A stretch of DNA of 20,933 nt from sequence record DRR723986_5010, one strand, 5' to 3'. Position numbers and translations under genes: made by a program. Positions 8,473-17,707 of this stretch are shown in pieces. The notes below the pieces were generated by a model. That model was not told where the DNA came from. It did no database searches and saw only the letters and a program-made list of their open reading frames with translations. Each line of letters starts with the position of its first letter. Position 1 is the first letter of the stretch.

Positions 8473-10071
8473 ATGTCGCATTCCACTTTGAAATCCCCGA
8501 AGAACTCTCGTCCCATGATATTCGCGAACTTCTATCGTCGGCCTAGTTGTGTTTTCGTTTTCTTAGTGGCTGCCTTCGCTGTTAGTCAACAGAGCGAGCG
8601 TAGGACGCTCGCTAGCGAACGCCCCAACGTGCTGATGATTCTGGTTGATGATCTCAAGCCAGCGATTGGAGCTTACGGTGATCCGCTGGCGAAAACGCCC
8701 AACATTGATCGTTTAGCGGCCAGTGGCATGCGATTCGACATGGCTTACTGCAACCAAGCAGTATGCGCTCCCTCGCGGTTCACATTGATGTTAGGATCGC
8801 ATTCTACTTCGACAGGCTTGTACGGACTTGGAAGCCCGCTTCGGAGAATTGTCCCCGATGCGGTCACCCTGCCACAGTACTTTGCCAAGCACGGCTACCG
8901 AACTGAATCGCTTGGGAAGGTCTTCCACATCGGTCATGGCAATCTGGGTGATCCGGAGTCTTTCTCTGTACCGCACTTCAAGGAAAAGGTCATCGAGTAC
9001 GTAGATCCTGCCTCGAAACCTGACGGAAAACTGACGCGCGAAGAAGCAATGTTCCAAAACGTGCCAGCACCGAAAGGCGGCATGAACACTCTAGCGCGGG
9101 GAGCCGCTTTTGAACATCCCGATGTCGCAGACGAAGCGTACGCCGACGGGAGGGTTGCGGCGGAAACAATCCGTCGCCTGCAAGCTGCACAGGACCGCGA
9201 ACAACCATTCTTTATCGTTGCAGGTTTCGCCCGGCCACACTTACCGTTCTCAGCGCCGCAGAAGTACTGGGATATGCACGATCCAGATCAGTTCGAACTG
9301 GCCACGAACCCGGAGCTACCCACCGACTCTCCGAAGGTTGCTCAGAAGAGAGGTGGGGAGATTCGCAATTATTTTCCGGTACCCGACAAGACTGATCCGG
9401 CAACGATTAGCGACGAACTGGCTCGAAAACTGATACATGGATACTACGCGAGTTCATCTTATGTCGACGCACAGATTGGAAAAGTGCTCGATGCGTTGGA
9501 GACGTCCGGCCAGGCAGAGAACACGATTGTTGTATTGTGGGGTGACCACGGGTTTCATCTGGGTGATCTTGGCATTTGGACGAAGCACACGAATTACGAA
9601 CAAGCCAATCGAATCCCCATTCTCATTTCTGCTCCTGGAGTCACGGAACCTGGTTCCTCGACAAGACAACTTGCCGAGAGCGTCGACATATTTCCAACGC
9701 TCGCGGAACTCGCCGGACTTGCACGTCCCACTGGTCCACAACCCATTGATGGTGTCAGTTTAGTGCCTGTTTTGAAGGCCCCTGAAGCTCGAGTGCGTGA
9801 TCATGCTTATCACGCTTATCCCAAACAGAAACTCGGCCGTGCGATTCGTACCGAGCGTTATCGGCTCGTTGAGTGGCAGACTTTCGACCGAAAGGGCAGG
9901 GCGGAGTACGAGTTATATGACTACCAATCTGATCCGCTGGAGACCAAGAACTTGGCAAGCGACCACCCAGAAATTGTGCAAGAGCTCAAAGCCATTCTTG
10001 CCCGCTATCGAGAACCAGCCCCGCGTTCGCGTGGGAATCTGCGATCGCCTGGGAAAGTGAAGCAAAGGTAA
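8473..10071 (+). CDS. Formylglycine-dependent (S1) sulfatase, iduronate-2-sulfatase-like, secreted
   Basis: RPNVLMILVDDL, CAPSR (8764-8778), GKVFH, RPHLPF, WGDHGFHLG, WTKH; signal-like N-terminus; GGAAGGA 9 nt before ATG 8473. Confidence 0.93.
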   Translation: MSHSTLKSPKNSRPMIFANFYRRPSCVFVFLVAAFAVSQQSERRTLASERPNVLMILVDDLKPAIGAYGDPLAKTPNIDRLAASGMRFDMAYCNQAVCAPSRFTLMLGSHSTSTGLYGLGSPLRRIVPDAVTLPQYFAKHGYRTESLGKVFHIGHGNLGDPESFSVPHFKEKVIEYVDPASKPDGKLTREEAMFQNVPAPKGGMNTLARGAAFEHPDVADEAYADGRVAAETIRRLQAAQDREQPFFIVAGFARPHLPFSAPQKYWDMHDPDQFELATNPELPTDSPKVAQKRGGEIRNYFPVPDKTDPATISDELARKLIHGYYASSSYVDAQIGKVLDALETSGQAENTIVVLWGDHGFHLGDLGIWTKHTNYEQANRIPILISAPGVTEPGSSTRQLAESVDIFPTLAELAGLARPTGPQPIDGVSLVPVLKAPEARVRDHAYHAYPKQKLGRAIRTERYRLVEWQTFDRKGRAEYELYDYQSDPLETKNLASDHPEIVQELKAILARYREPAPRSRGNLRSPGKVKQR

Positions 10072-10222
10072 AGCACGCGAAATCCACCGCCGTAATTCGC
10101 CCAGTCTCCGGCTATCGGATCACCAAACCACTGAGGCAGCCCATTACGTTGCCTTACATCTGACCGCCTGTCCTGGATCCGCGATTCCGCAGCCTACCTT
10201 GTACCAATACCGATCAAGCGGC

Positions 10223-10248
10223 ATTAAACGCAAATATTAAACGCAAAT
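10223..10248 (+). repeat. Perfect 13-bp tandem duplication (ATTAAACGCAAAT x2)
   Basis: Read directly: attaaacgcaaat-attaaacgcaaat. Confidence 0.9.
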
Positions 10249-10312
10249 GACGAGGAATAGATTGACCAACTCAACACGACTGGAAATGGCCAAACCAGGA
10301 GCAACGTCGTTC

Positions 10313-13300
10313 ATGAACACTACGGAACTGGCTCGGGGTATCCAGCTTTGGTGCCCCCTGATCATGTTGTCTTTCATATCTGCAACCACGACTGCTCAGG
10401 AGATCGTCGACGAGTGGCGATATACCCTGCGTCGCCCTGCGCAGGGTTGGCGACAAGCGAGTTTTGATGATGCAGGTTGGAAAGATGGTAGTGGCGGTTT
10501 CGGCACGCGGGGCACTCCCGGCGCTCGCATCGGAACCACCTGGGCGACAAACAGCATCTGGTTGCGAAAGTCCTTTGAACTGAAAACGTTGCCTGCAAAG
10601 CCCGCATTGCTGATCCATCACGACGAAGACACTGAGGTCTATATCAACGGAAAGCAAGTCGCTAAGGTCACTGGTTATACATCGAAGTACATCGTCTTAC
10701 CCATCGCCTCAGAAGGTAAGTCGGCACTGAGGGCAGGGCTGAATCTGGTGGCCGTGCATTGCAAGCAGACGACTGGCGGTCAATTCATTGACGTCCATTT
10801 GGTCGACGCCGACAACGTTCCGGCTCTGCCCAAACCCAAACGCAGCACCAAGCCGTTCGAGTCCGAGTTGATTACGAAGTGGGGAGCCGAGGTGACTGCA
10901 GAGAATGCATGGACCGAGTACCCGCGACCGCGTCTGGAGCGTGAGAACTGGACAAATCTGAATGGCGAATGGGACTATGCCGTCACGCCCATCAAGGTCA
11001 GCGAAACCCCAGAGGACTGGGACGGTAAGATCCTGGTGCCGTATTGCCTGGAATCAAAACTAGGCGGAGTTCAACGACTTCTAGATGCACCGGAAGCACT
11101 TTGGTACCGCCGCACCTTCCGCACTAGCGACAGCCAAATCGAAGGCAAAGATGCGTCGATTCGCTCTGGGCGCTCAGGCGGTATCGGGCAAGCTGACTGC
11201 GCCACCATACTGAATTTTGAAGCAGTTGATTATCGCTGCGAAGTGTTCGTGAACGGCAAGTCCGTTGGCACGCACGTCGGCGGCAACGATCCGTTTTCAT
11301 TCGACATATCAAGTGCGATTCAAGCGGGCGATAACGAACTGGTTGTCAGGGTCGAGGATGCGACCGAAGAGTATCAATTGCGTGGCAAGCAAGTTATTAA
11401 CGCGCGAGGCATCTGGTACACCCAGGTTTCCGGAATCTGGCAAACCGTCTGGTTAGAGCAAGTTCCCCATGACCACATTCACGACTTGAAAATCAGCACC
11501 TCCGCCGAAGCGGGCTCGATCACGGTCGAAACCAAAACGGACTCCAAGAAGACTATAGAAGTGGTCGTCTCGGACGGCGAACAAGTCGTTGCTCGGTCCA
11601 AGGGCGGAAAAGCGGCGGTGATCCAACTCGAAGACGCTAAGCTTTGGTCGCCTTCGGCCCCTCATCTCTATAACATCACCGTTAAACTGCTCGACGACGC
11701 CGGACAAGCAATCGACACTGTTCAGTCCTATGCTGGGATTCGCGATGTAGGCAAAATCAAAGACCCGGACGGAAATTGGCGATTCACGCTCAACGGTGAA
11801 ATCATCTTCCATTGGGGGCCGCTGGATCAAGGATGGTGGCCGGACGGTCTGCTCACTCCGCCGTCTGACGAAGCCATGTTGTTCGATATCCAGTGGCTGA
11901 AGGCAGCCGGCTTCAACATGATTCGCAAGCACATTAAAGTCGAACCGCGGCGTTACTACTATCACTGCGACCGGCTGGGCATGATGGTTTGGCAGGATCA
12001 AGTGAGCGGTGGAGTCAATGGTAAAGCCTGGCCAGCTTGGACTCGCTTGAAGCCGGATCCCGTCGATGCACAGTGGCCAGCGAAGCAGCACAAGCAGTTC
12101 ATGCTGGAACTCGACCGGATGATCACGTCGCTGGAGAGCCACCCTTCGATTGTGAGCTGGGTTCCCTTCAATGAACGCTGGGGCCAGCACCAAACTATGG
12201 AAGTCGGAAAGTGGACGGTTCAGCGCGATCCAACCCGGATCATCAACATCGCTAGTGGTGGAAACTTCTGGCCCGTCGGTGATGTCGTTGACGAGCACCG
12301 GTATCCACACCCTGGATTCCCATTCGAACTGAACACCAACGGACGCTTCGACAAATTCATCAAAGTGATGGGCGAGTTTGGTGGGCACGGCTATCCAGTG
12401 AAGGGCCATTTGTGGGACGCAAACCGACGCAACTGGGGGTATGGCGACATCCCGAAGACTGAAGCCGAGTACGGCGAGCGTTACGCGAAGTCACTTCAAC
12501 TGCTCGACGAACTTCGCGGCCAGGGCATCGCCGCCGGTGTTTACACTCAGACGACCGATGTCGAAGGCGAGATCAATGGATTGATGACCTACGATCGCAG
12601 GGTAATCAAGATTCCCGCGGAGCAGCTTGCTGAGATGCACAAAGTGTTGTTCATGGACGTAGCTCAGGCTGCCAGCCCGCCGCAGAACGACAAACGCCAA
12701 CGCCAGGAAAACAACGCGGCCGACGCTTTTCCGATTTCCGCTTTCATCGAGGTTCCGACGGATCGAAAGCCAGTCCCGGTTATGTCTCCCGAAGTCATTC
12801 GGGCAGGGCTGAAGTCCCACGATAAGGCGCTTTACATCAAGGCGGGCTGGATTCGAGATCCCTACATCACTCGCGGCCCCGACGACTATTTCTACCTGAC
12901 TGGAACTCAGCCCAATAAGGATGATTCGCGAGAAAAGGCGAACCCCTACAACATCGGCCTAGGCGACGCCAGCATCGTCGGCGACCAAGTACGACTTTGG
13001 CGCAGCAGGGATTTGATCAAATGGGAGTCGCTGGGGCCGATCTTCACCGGCCAAGATGCCGCAAAAGCAAGGCCCGGAAAGAAAGCTCGCCGAAACGCCA
13101 AACGTATCTGGGCTCCCGAAGTGCATTGGCTTGAGGATATGCAGCGTTGGGCATTGGTGCATTGCCCAAAACAGGTTGCCAGCCTCGCCTTGACCAACAG
13201 CCAGGAATTGACTGGCCCATGGACGCATCCAATGGGTGCCGCATTGGGCGAACGACACGATCCATCGATTTTCACTGACGACGATGGTACTCGGTATCTA

Positions 13301-13846
13301 CTTTGGGGAAATACATTTGTCGCTCAGCTTAGCGATGACTTGAGATCCTACACCAGCAAGCCGGTTCGTATCGACCCGGCTGGTACTCGCCCCGGACCGG
13401 ACGGTACTCCCATTGGCCGCATCGGGCACGAAGGGGCAACCATGATCAAGGTTGGCGACAAGTACGTTCACCTGGGTACGGCTTGGTCGACCGATCAAGG
13501 TCGAAAGGGCTCGTATAATCTGTACTACAGTGTTGCTGACAAAATCACCGGGCCTTACGGACCACGCAAATTCGCCGGAAGGTTTCTAGGCCACGGGACG
13601 CCGTTTCAGGACCGCGATGGCAAGTGGTGGTGTACTGCTTTCTTCAACGCCAACGTTCCGCCCGTAAATCGAGACGGCATTCAAGCACGCGACCTTGGCG
13701 ACAACGCTCAGACGATCAACGAACAAGGCGTTACGATCGTCCCACTGGACGTCCGGACACTCGACAACGGCGAAGTGTACATACGCGCCAAAGATCCCGC
13801 CTACGCAACTCCCGGCCCCGACGAAGCGCAGGACTTTGGCATATAG
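10313..13846 (+). CDS. Secreted multimodular glycoside hydrolase: jelly-roll/galactose-binding-like domain + GH2 + C-terminal GH43-like domain
   Basis: GH2: EYPRP..R.NW.NLNG.W, LNFEAVDY, SGIWQTVWLE, LWSP..P.LY, GPLDQGWWPDG, GFNMIRKHIK, WVPFNE (12170-12175), VMGEFGG. GH43-like from about 12800: WIRDPYI, WAPEVH, HDPSIF, GHEG, YGPR. Start is uncertain (10247, 10286 or 10313; AGGAG precedes 10313). Confidence 0.9.
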   Translation: MNTTELARGIQLWCPLIMLSFISATTTAQEIVDEWRYTLRRPAQGWRQASFDDAGWKDGSGGFGTRGTPGARIGTTWATNSIWLRKSFELKTLPAKPALLIHHDEDTEVYINGKQVAKVTGYTSKYIVLPIASEGKSALRAGLNLVAVHCKQTTGGQFIDVHLVDADNVPALPKPKRSTKPFESELITKWGAEVTAENAWTEYPRPRLERENWTNLNGEWDYAVTPIKVSETPEDWDGKILVPYCLESKLGGVQRLLDAPEALWYRRTFRTSDSQIEGKDASIRSGRSGGIGQADCATILNFEAVDYRCEVFVNGKSVGTHVGGNDPFSFDISSAIQAGDNELVVRVEDATEEYQLRGKQVINARGIWYTQVSGIWQTVWLEQVPHDHIHDLKISTSAEAGSITVETKTDSKKTIEVVVSDGEQVVARSKGGKAAVIQLEDAKLWSPSAPHLYNITVKLLDDAGQAIDTVQSYAGIRDVGKIKDPDGNWRFTLNGEIIFHWGPLDQGWWPDGLLTPPSDEAMLFDIQWLKAAGFNMIRKHIKVEPRRYYYHCDRLGMMVWQDQVSGGVNGKAWPAWTRLKPDPVDAQWPAKQHKQFMLELDRMITSLESHPSIVSWVPFNERWGQHQTMEVGKWTVQRDPTRIINIASGGNFWPVGDVVDEHRYPHPGFPFELNTNGRFDKFIKVMGEFGGHGYPVKGHLWDANRRNWGYGDIPKTEAEYGERYAKSLQLLDELRGQGIAAGVYTQTTDVEGEINGLMTYDRRVIKIPAEQLAEMHKVLFMDVAQAASPPQNDKRQRQENNAADAFPISAFIEVPTDRKPVPVMSPEVIRAGLKSHDKALYIKAGWIRDPYITRGPDDYFYLTGTQPNKDDSREKANPYNIGLGDASIVGDQVRLWRSRDLIKWESLGPIFTGQDAAKARPGKKARRNAKRIWAPEVHWLEDMQRWALVHCPKQVASLALTNSQELTGPWTHPMGAALGERHDPSIFTDDDGTRYLLWGNTFVAQLSDDLRSYTSKPVRIDPAGTRPGPDGTPIGRIGHEGATMIKVGDKYVHLGTAWSTDQGRKGSYNLYYSVADKITGPYGPRKFAGRFLGHGTPFQDRDGKWWCTAFFNANVPPVNRDGIQARDLGDNAQTINEQGVTIVPLDVRTLDNGEVYIRAKDPAYATPGPDEAQDFGI

Positions 13847-13891
13847 CAACCCACTACGTCACCTCGACCACTGACAGCCGTTACCCAGTCA

Positions 13892-13933
13892 CCTCTCCCT
13901 CTGGGGGAGTTCGGGCGTCAGCCCGTGAGAGGG
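13892..13933. repeat. REP-like structured intergenic element (CCTCTCCC...GAGAGGG type)
   Basis: cctctccctctgggggagttcgggcgtcagcccgtgagaggg contains CTCCC/GGGAG and CGGGC/GCCCG stems, plus an alternative outer CCTCTC/GAGAGG pairing; single copy in the window. Confidence 0.55.
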
Positions 13934-13994
13934 CCAGCGGCACATAACACTCCCCCACACCTCAAAGACCAACTCTCGCCCATAGCGCCCCCAG

Positions 13995-15503
13995 ATGTTG
14001 AAACAACTGACCAACCAGGCTTGCAAACTGATCAACAGATGCGAAGGCAGTTCGTCGGTCAACACTGTGACCCTAGCACTAACGATCCAAGGACTAACGA
14101 TCCGAGCACTAACGACCAGAACTCTCATGATCGTAGCACTTGGCGTGGCTCTTACTGTCTGCTCGCCGATCAACGCCGAACAACCCAACATCGTTCATAT
14201 CATCGTCGATGACCTCGGCTGGAACGACGTGGGCTTTCATGGCAGCGATATCAAGACTCCTGCGATTGATAAACTGGCATCTGAATCGGTGATTCTCGAT
14301 CGGTTCTATGTCGCGCCTATTTGTTCACCAACGCGAGCCGGTGTGCTGACCGGACGCTACCCGTTTCGGTTTGGCATTTGGGACGGTGTCGTCTCACCAA
14401 CAAAACGCCATGGATTACCGCCGAGCGAGGTGACTTGCCCAGAGCTACTTGCTAAGGCTGGTTATCGGCGGCGAACACTACTTGGCAAATGGCATCTTGG
14501 GCTGGCATCGAAGAAGTTTCATCCCTTGAACCATGGCTTCACAGACTTCTACGGCCACTACAATGGCGCGATCGACTACTTCAGCCGCAAGAGATTTGGT
14601 GAACTCGATTGGCACCGCGACTACGAAAGCGTCCGCGAGCACGGTTACTCGACGGACTTAATTGGTAAGGCGGCGGTGCGTTTTATCGATGAACACGACA
14701 GCAATTCGCCCTTCTACATGGTGATCGCTTTCAATGCACCGCATTCTCCAATCCAGGCGAAACGCGTTGATCTGGATTCGAATGGTTTTGATCCTAGCGG
14801 CAAGCGTGCCGTCAATACAGACAAGGGGATTGCCAAGCGTGAACGGGCCCCAGAATACGGTCGGCGAGGCAAAGGGAATACGGTTCGCCAGACCTTCTCG
14901 GCCATGGTATCGTCCCTGGATCTGAACGTTGGCCGCATCCTGCAGGCACTCGACAAGAACGGAATTCGCGAAAACACCCTGGTGCTTTTCCACAGCGACA
15001 ACGGCGGGATTCCCAAACATGGTGGCAGCAATGCCCCACTGCGCGGCGATAAGTTCACGACGTGGGAGGGCGGTGTTCGCGTAGTCGCCATGATGCGCTG
15101 GCCAGAAAAAATCCGAGGAGGTACAAGCTACAAGTCACCAACAGCTTACATAGATGTTTTGCCTACACTAGCAGCGGCCGCCCAGGTGGTAGATATTCCC
15201 AAAGTCGACGGCGTGAACTTGCTTCCGATACTCGTGAGCAATCAACCTGCAACGACGCGAAGCCTGATACTTGGGGAAGACACGTCTGTATCCGGTAAGT
15301 GGAAACTCAAGGGCAGTGAGTTCTTCAATTTGGAAAGCGATCCCCTCGAAACAACCGCAGTCGCCGCACCACCTGCAGAAGTAGCTCGCCGACTACGAGA
15401 TGCACTCGAGCATTTCGACAGAATCAAGGGCCCACCGGAGATGTCCGCAGCACCACTTCCGGCTAATTGGCCGCCTTCCGAATGGAAGCTTCCCGACCAA
15501 TGA
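13995..15503 (+). CDS. S1 arylsulfatase (arylsulfatase-B-like), secreted
   Basis: QPNIVHIIVDDLGWNDVGFHG, CSPTR (14322-14336), GKWHLG, APHSP, SDNGG, PLRGDK..WEGGVRV. Start is uncertain (alternative ATG 14127, MIVALGVALTVCSPINA-EQP). Confidence 0.93.
   Translation: MLKQLTNQACKLINRCEGSSSVNTVTLALTIQGLTIRALTTRTLMIVALGVALTVCSPINAEQPNIVHIIVDDLGWNDVGFHGSDIKTPAIDKLASESVILDRFYVAPICSPTRAGVLTGRYPFRFGIWDGVVSPTKRHGLPPSEVTCPELLAKAGYRRRTLLGKWHLGLASKKFHPLNHGFTDFYGHYNGAIDYFSRKRFGELDWHRDYESVREHGYSTDLIGKAAVRFIDEHDSNSPFYMVIAFNAPHSPIQAKRVDLDSNGFDPSGKRAVNTDKGIAKRERAPEYGRRGKGNTVRQTFSAMVSSLDLNVGRILQALDKNGIRENTLVLFHSDNGGIPKHGGSNAPLRGDKFTTWEGGVRVVAMMRWPEKIRGGTSYKSPTAYIDVLPTLAAAAQVVDIPKVDGVNLLPILVSNQPATTRSLILGEDTSVSGKWKLKGSEFFNLESDPLETTAVAAPPAEVARRLRDALEHFDRIKGPPEMSAAPLPANWPPSEWKLPDQ
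14076..14135 (+). repeat. Degenerate 15-bp tandem repeat (3-4 units) in the sulfatase leader region
   Basis: gcactaacgatccaa / ggactaacgatccga / gcactaacgaccaga / actctcatgatcgta, encoding ALTIQ-GLTIR-ALTTR-TLMIV. Confidence 0.8.
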
Positions 15504-15621
15504 CGCTCTGATGCTGCGTGTTAAGCCGCCGACCAACACATGAATCAATAACTTGCGTAGATCGAATCACTGAAGTTGCGAAATAATGATGAAGCTGCTT
15601 CGCATCCTTTTGGAAAAACAC

Positions 15622-17679
15622 ATGAACAGACAAATCCATGTTCGGTTCAGTCTAATTCTTTGCGCATTATTCGCCTCAGCCTCAGCGGCGCGGGCCGATC
15701 AGCCGAATATTCTCCTAATTTTCACCGATGACATGGGCTGGGGGGACCTGGGCGTTTTCTATCAGAACAAGTCAAAACACAGCAAGACGCACCAAACGCC
15801 TCACCTCGATCGCCTCGCAGGCAGCGGCCTGCAGATGCGAGCGCACTATTGTCCGGCACCAGTATGTGCCCCAAGCCGCTCGTCGCTACTCACCGGAGTG
15901 CATCAGGGGAACGCGGTTGTTCGAAACAACCAGTTCGACAAAGAACTGGAAGACAACCACACGCTTGGCTCCGTGCTCAAGGAAGCGGGATACAGGACTT
16001 GCATGATCGGCAAGTACGGTCTGCAAGGCGGCCCCAAAGACAAGCAACAAGTCGGTACACCCGACGACTGGCCCTCTTATCCGACCAAACGCGGCTTTGA
16101 CGAGTACTTCGGTTACGTGAGCCACTACGCGGGGCACTTGCACTACCCTAACGATCCCTGGGACCTGGCCAATGACGGACACCGTGGAGTTCCGGATCTT
16201 TGGATGTCCACAGGCTCAGCCGACACAGAAATTAGCGAGTCGCTGTCGAAGTGTTACACGACAGATCTCTTCACTGCGAGAGCCAAGTACTTTTTAAAAC
16301 AACACGCCGAAACTCGCGGCGAGCAACCATTCTTCTTGATGCTCAATTATGACACGCCCCACGCCGCTCTTCAGGTACCGACCGTTCCCTATCCAGAAGG
16401 TGGAGGCCTTGATGGTGGAATTCAATGGACTGGAGGCAACGATCCCGGCACGATCGCTCAACCAGCAATCAACACGGCCAAGGGCGAAGTCGATTCGTTT
16501 ATCCATCCCGACTACGCACAGAAAGACTGGTCAGATGTCGAGAAACGATTCGCCACAATGGTTCGAAGAATCGATTCCTCTGTTGGTGATTTGAATCAGA
16601 CTCTTGAGGAACTTGGCTTGGCCGAAAATACGCTCGTCGTCTTTACCAATGACAATGGGCCGCACCACGAGTCCTACCTAAAGGGCGAGTCCTGGGAGTC
16701 GAAACTCTATACACCTCAGGCATTTCAGTCCTACGGCCCCTTCGACGGAACGAAGCGCGACTGTTGGGAAGGCGGGATTCGCATGCCGACACTGGCATGG
16801 TGGAAGGGCAGCATTCTCGCGGGGAGGATCGATAGCACGCCGTCGCAGTTTCATGATTGGATGGCAACTTTCTGCGACGTCGCTAATATACCTGCACCCG
16901 CCCGCTGCGACGGGGTTTCACTGTTGCCCACCCTTACCGGCGAGGGACAGCAGAGGGAAAGCCTGATTTACATTGAGTATGAAAATGGCGGGCGGACTCC
17001 CGACTACGCCGATTTTGAAGTCAGTCACCGCACACGACGCCGGAAGGAAATGCAAGTCATTCGCATGCGGGGTGCCGACGGCAAGTTGTACAAGGGGGTT
17101 CGTTACAACATTAAGTCAGCCAACGACGATTTCGAAATCTACGACGTGGATACTGATCTCAATGAAGCGAACAACCTTGCAGGATCGTCGGCAGAGATGA
17201 AAAACCTCCAGGTGAAGATGAAGGCGCGTGTGCTGCAAATCCGCAGCCCCAACGAATCAGCCACGCGACCGTACGACAATGCTGCCATACCAGGCGTTTC
17301 ATCCGCAGCAACAAGAGTCGTTGTTGAACGCTTCGATGCTCCGCCAAGAGTGTCTTATGTGCCCACCCCGGTTGGTGCCGGTGAAAACGTCTCCAATACG
17401 ATCACGACCATCGACGGAAGGCTGCAGTTTGTGGCTCCGCGATCCGGCGTCTACCGGATTCGCGGCTTCTTTGACGTTGCAGAGGAAGGCCCCAAGGTAG
17501 TCCACCTAGAATCAGCTGCTGCCTGCTTTATGCGATTGCACCAAGGGCACGCCGTCGACCTTCGCAGCTCCGGCGTGGCCAAGAGTTCACCACGTGTTCT
17601 CGCAACTGGAAGCCACCCATTCACGCTCATCGTGCGGGCAGATGCTGCCGGCGATCAGACAGCTTGGTTCGTCGACTGA
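15622..17679 (+). CDS. S1 sulfatase with C-terminal beta-rich (possibly PA14-like) extension, secreted
   Basis: QPNILLIFTDDMGWGDLG, CAPSR (15865-15879), RGFDEYFGY, TPHA, NDNGPH, KRDCWEGGIRMP; signal ...ASAARA-DQP; likely start ATG 15622. Confidence 0.92.
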   Translation: MNRQIHVRFSLILCALFASASAARADQPNILLIFTDDMGWGDLGVFYQNKSKHSKTHQTPHLDRLAGSGLQMRAHYCPAPVCAPSRSSLLTGVHQGNAVVRNNQFDKELEDNHTLGSVLKEAGYRTCMIGKYGLQGGPKDKQQVGTPDDWPSYPTKRGFDEYFGYVSHYAGHLHYPNDPWDLANDGHRGVPDLWMSTGSADTEISESLSKCYTTDLFTARAKYFLKQHAETRGEQPFFLMLNYDTPHAALQVPTVPYPEGGGLDGGIQWTGGNDPGTIAQPAINTAKGEVDSFIHPDYAQKDWSDVEKRFATMVRRIDSSVGDLNQTLEELGLAENTLVVFTNDNGPHHESYLKGESWESKLYTPQAFQSYGPFDGTKRDCWEGGIRMPTLAWWKGSILAGRIDSTPSQFHDWMATFCDVANIPAPARCDGVSLLPTLTGEGQQRESLIYIEYENGGRTPDYADFEVSHRTRRRKEMQVIRMRGADGKLYKGVRYNIKSANDDFEIYDVDTDLNEANNLAGSSAEMKNLQVKMKARVLQIRSPNESATRPYDNAAIPGVSSAATRVVVERFDAPPRVSYVPTPVGAGENVSNTITTIDGRLQFVAPRSGVYRIRGFFDVAEEGPKVVHLESAAACFMRLHQGHAVDLRSSGVAKSSPRVLATGSHPFTLIVRADAAGDQTAWFVD

Positions 17680-17707
17680 CAACGCCTCTTCTTCCTTGAG
17701 ATTCAAC

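Noticed and set aside
11453-12409. 318-aa minus-strand ORF
   Set aside because: It is an antisense shadow of the GH2 coding region, typical of GC-biased codon usage.
14076-14135. CRISPR-like array
   Set aside because: The units are 15 bp and contiguous, with no spacers and no cas genes.
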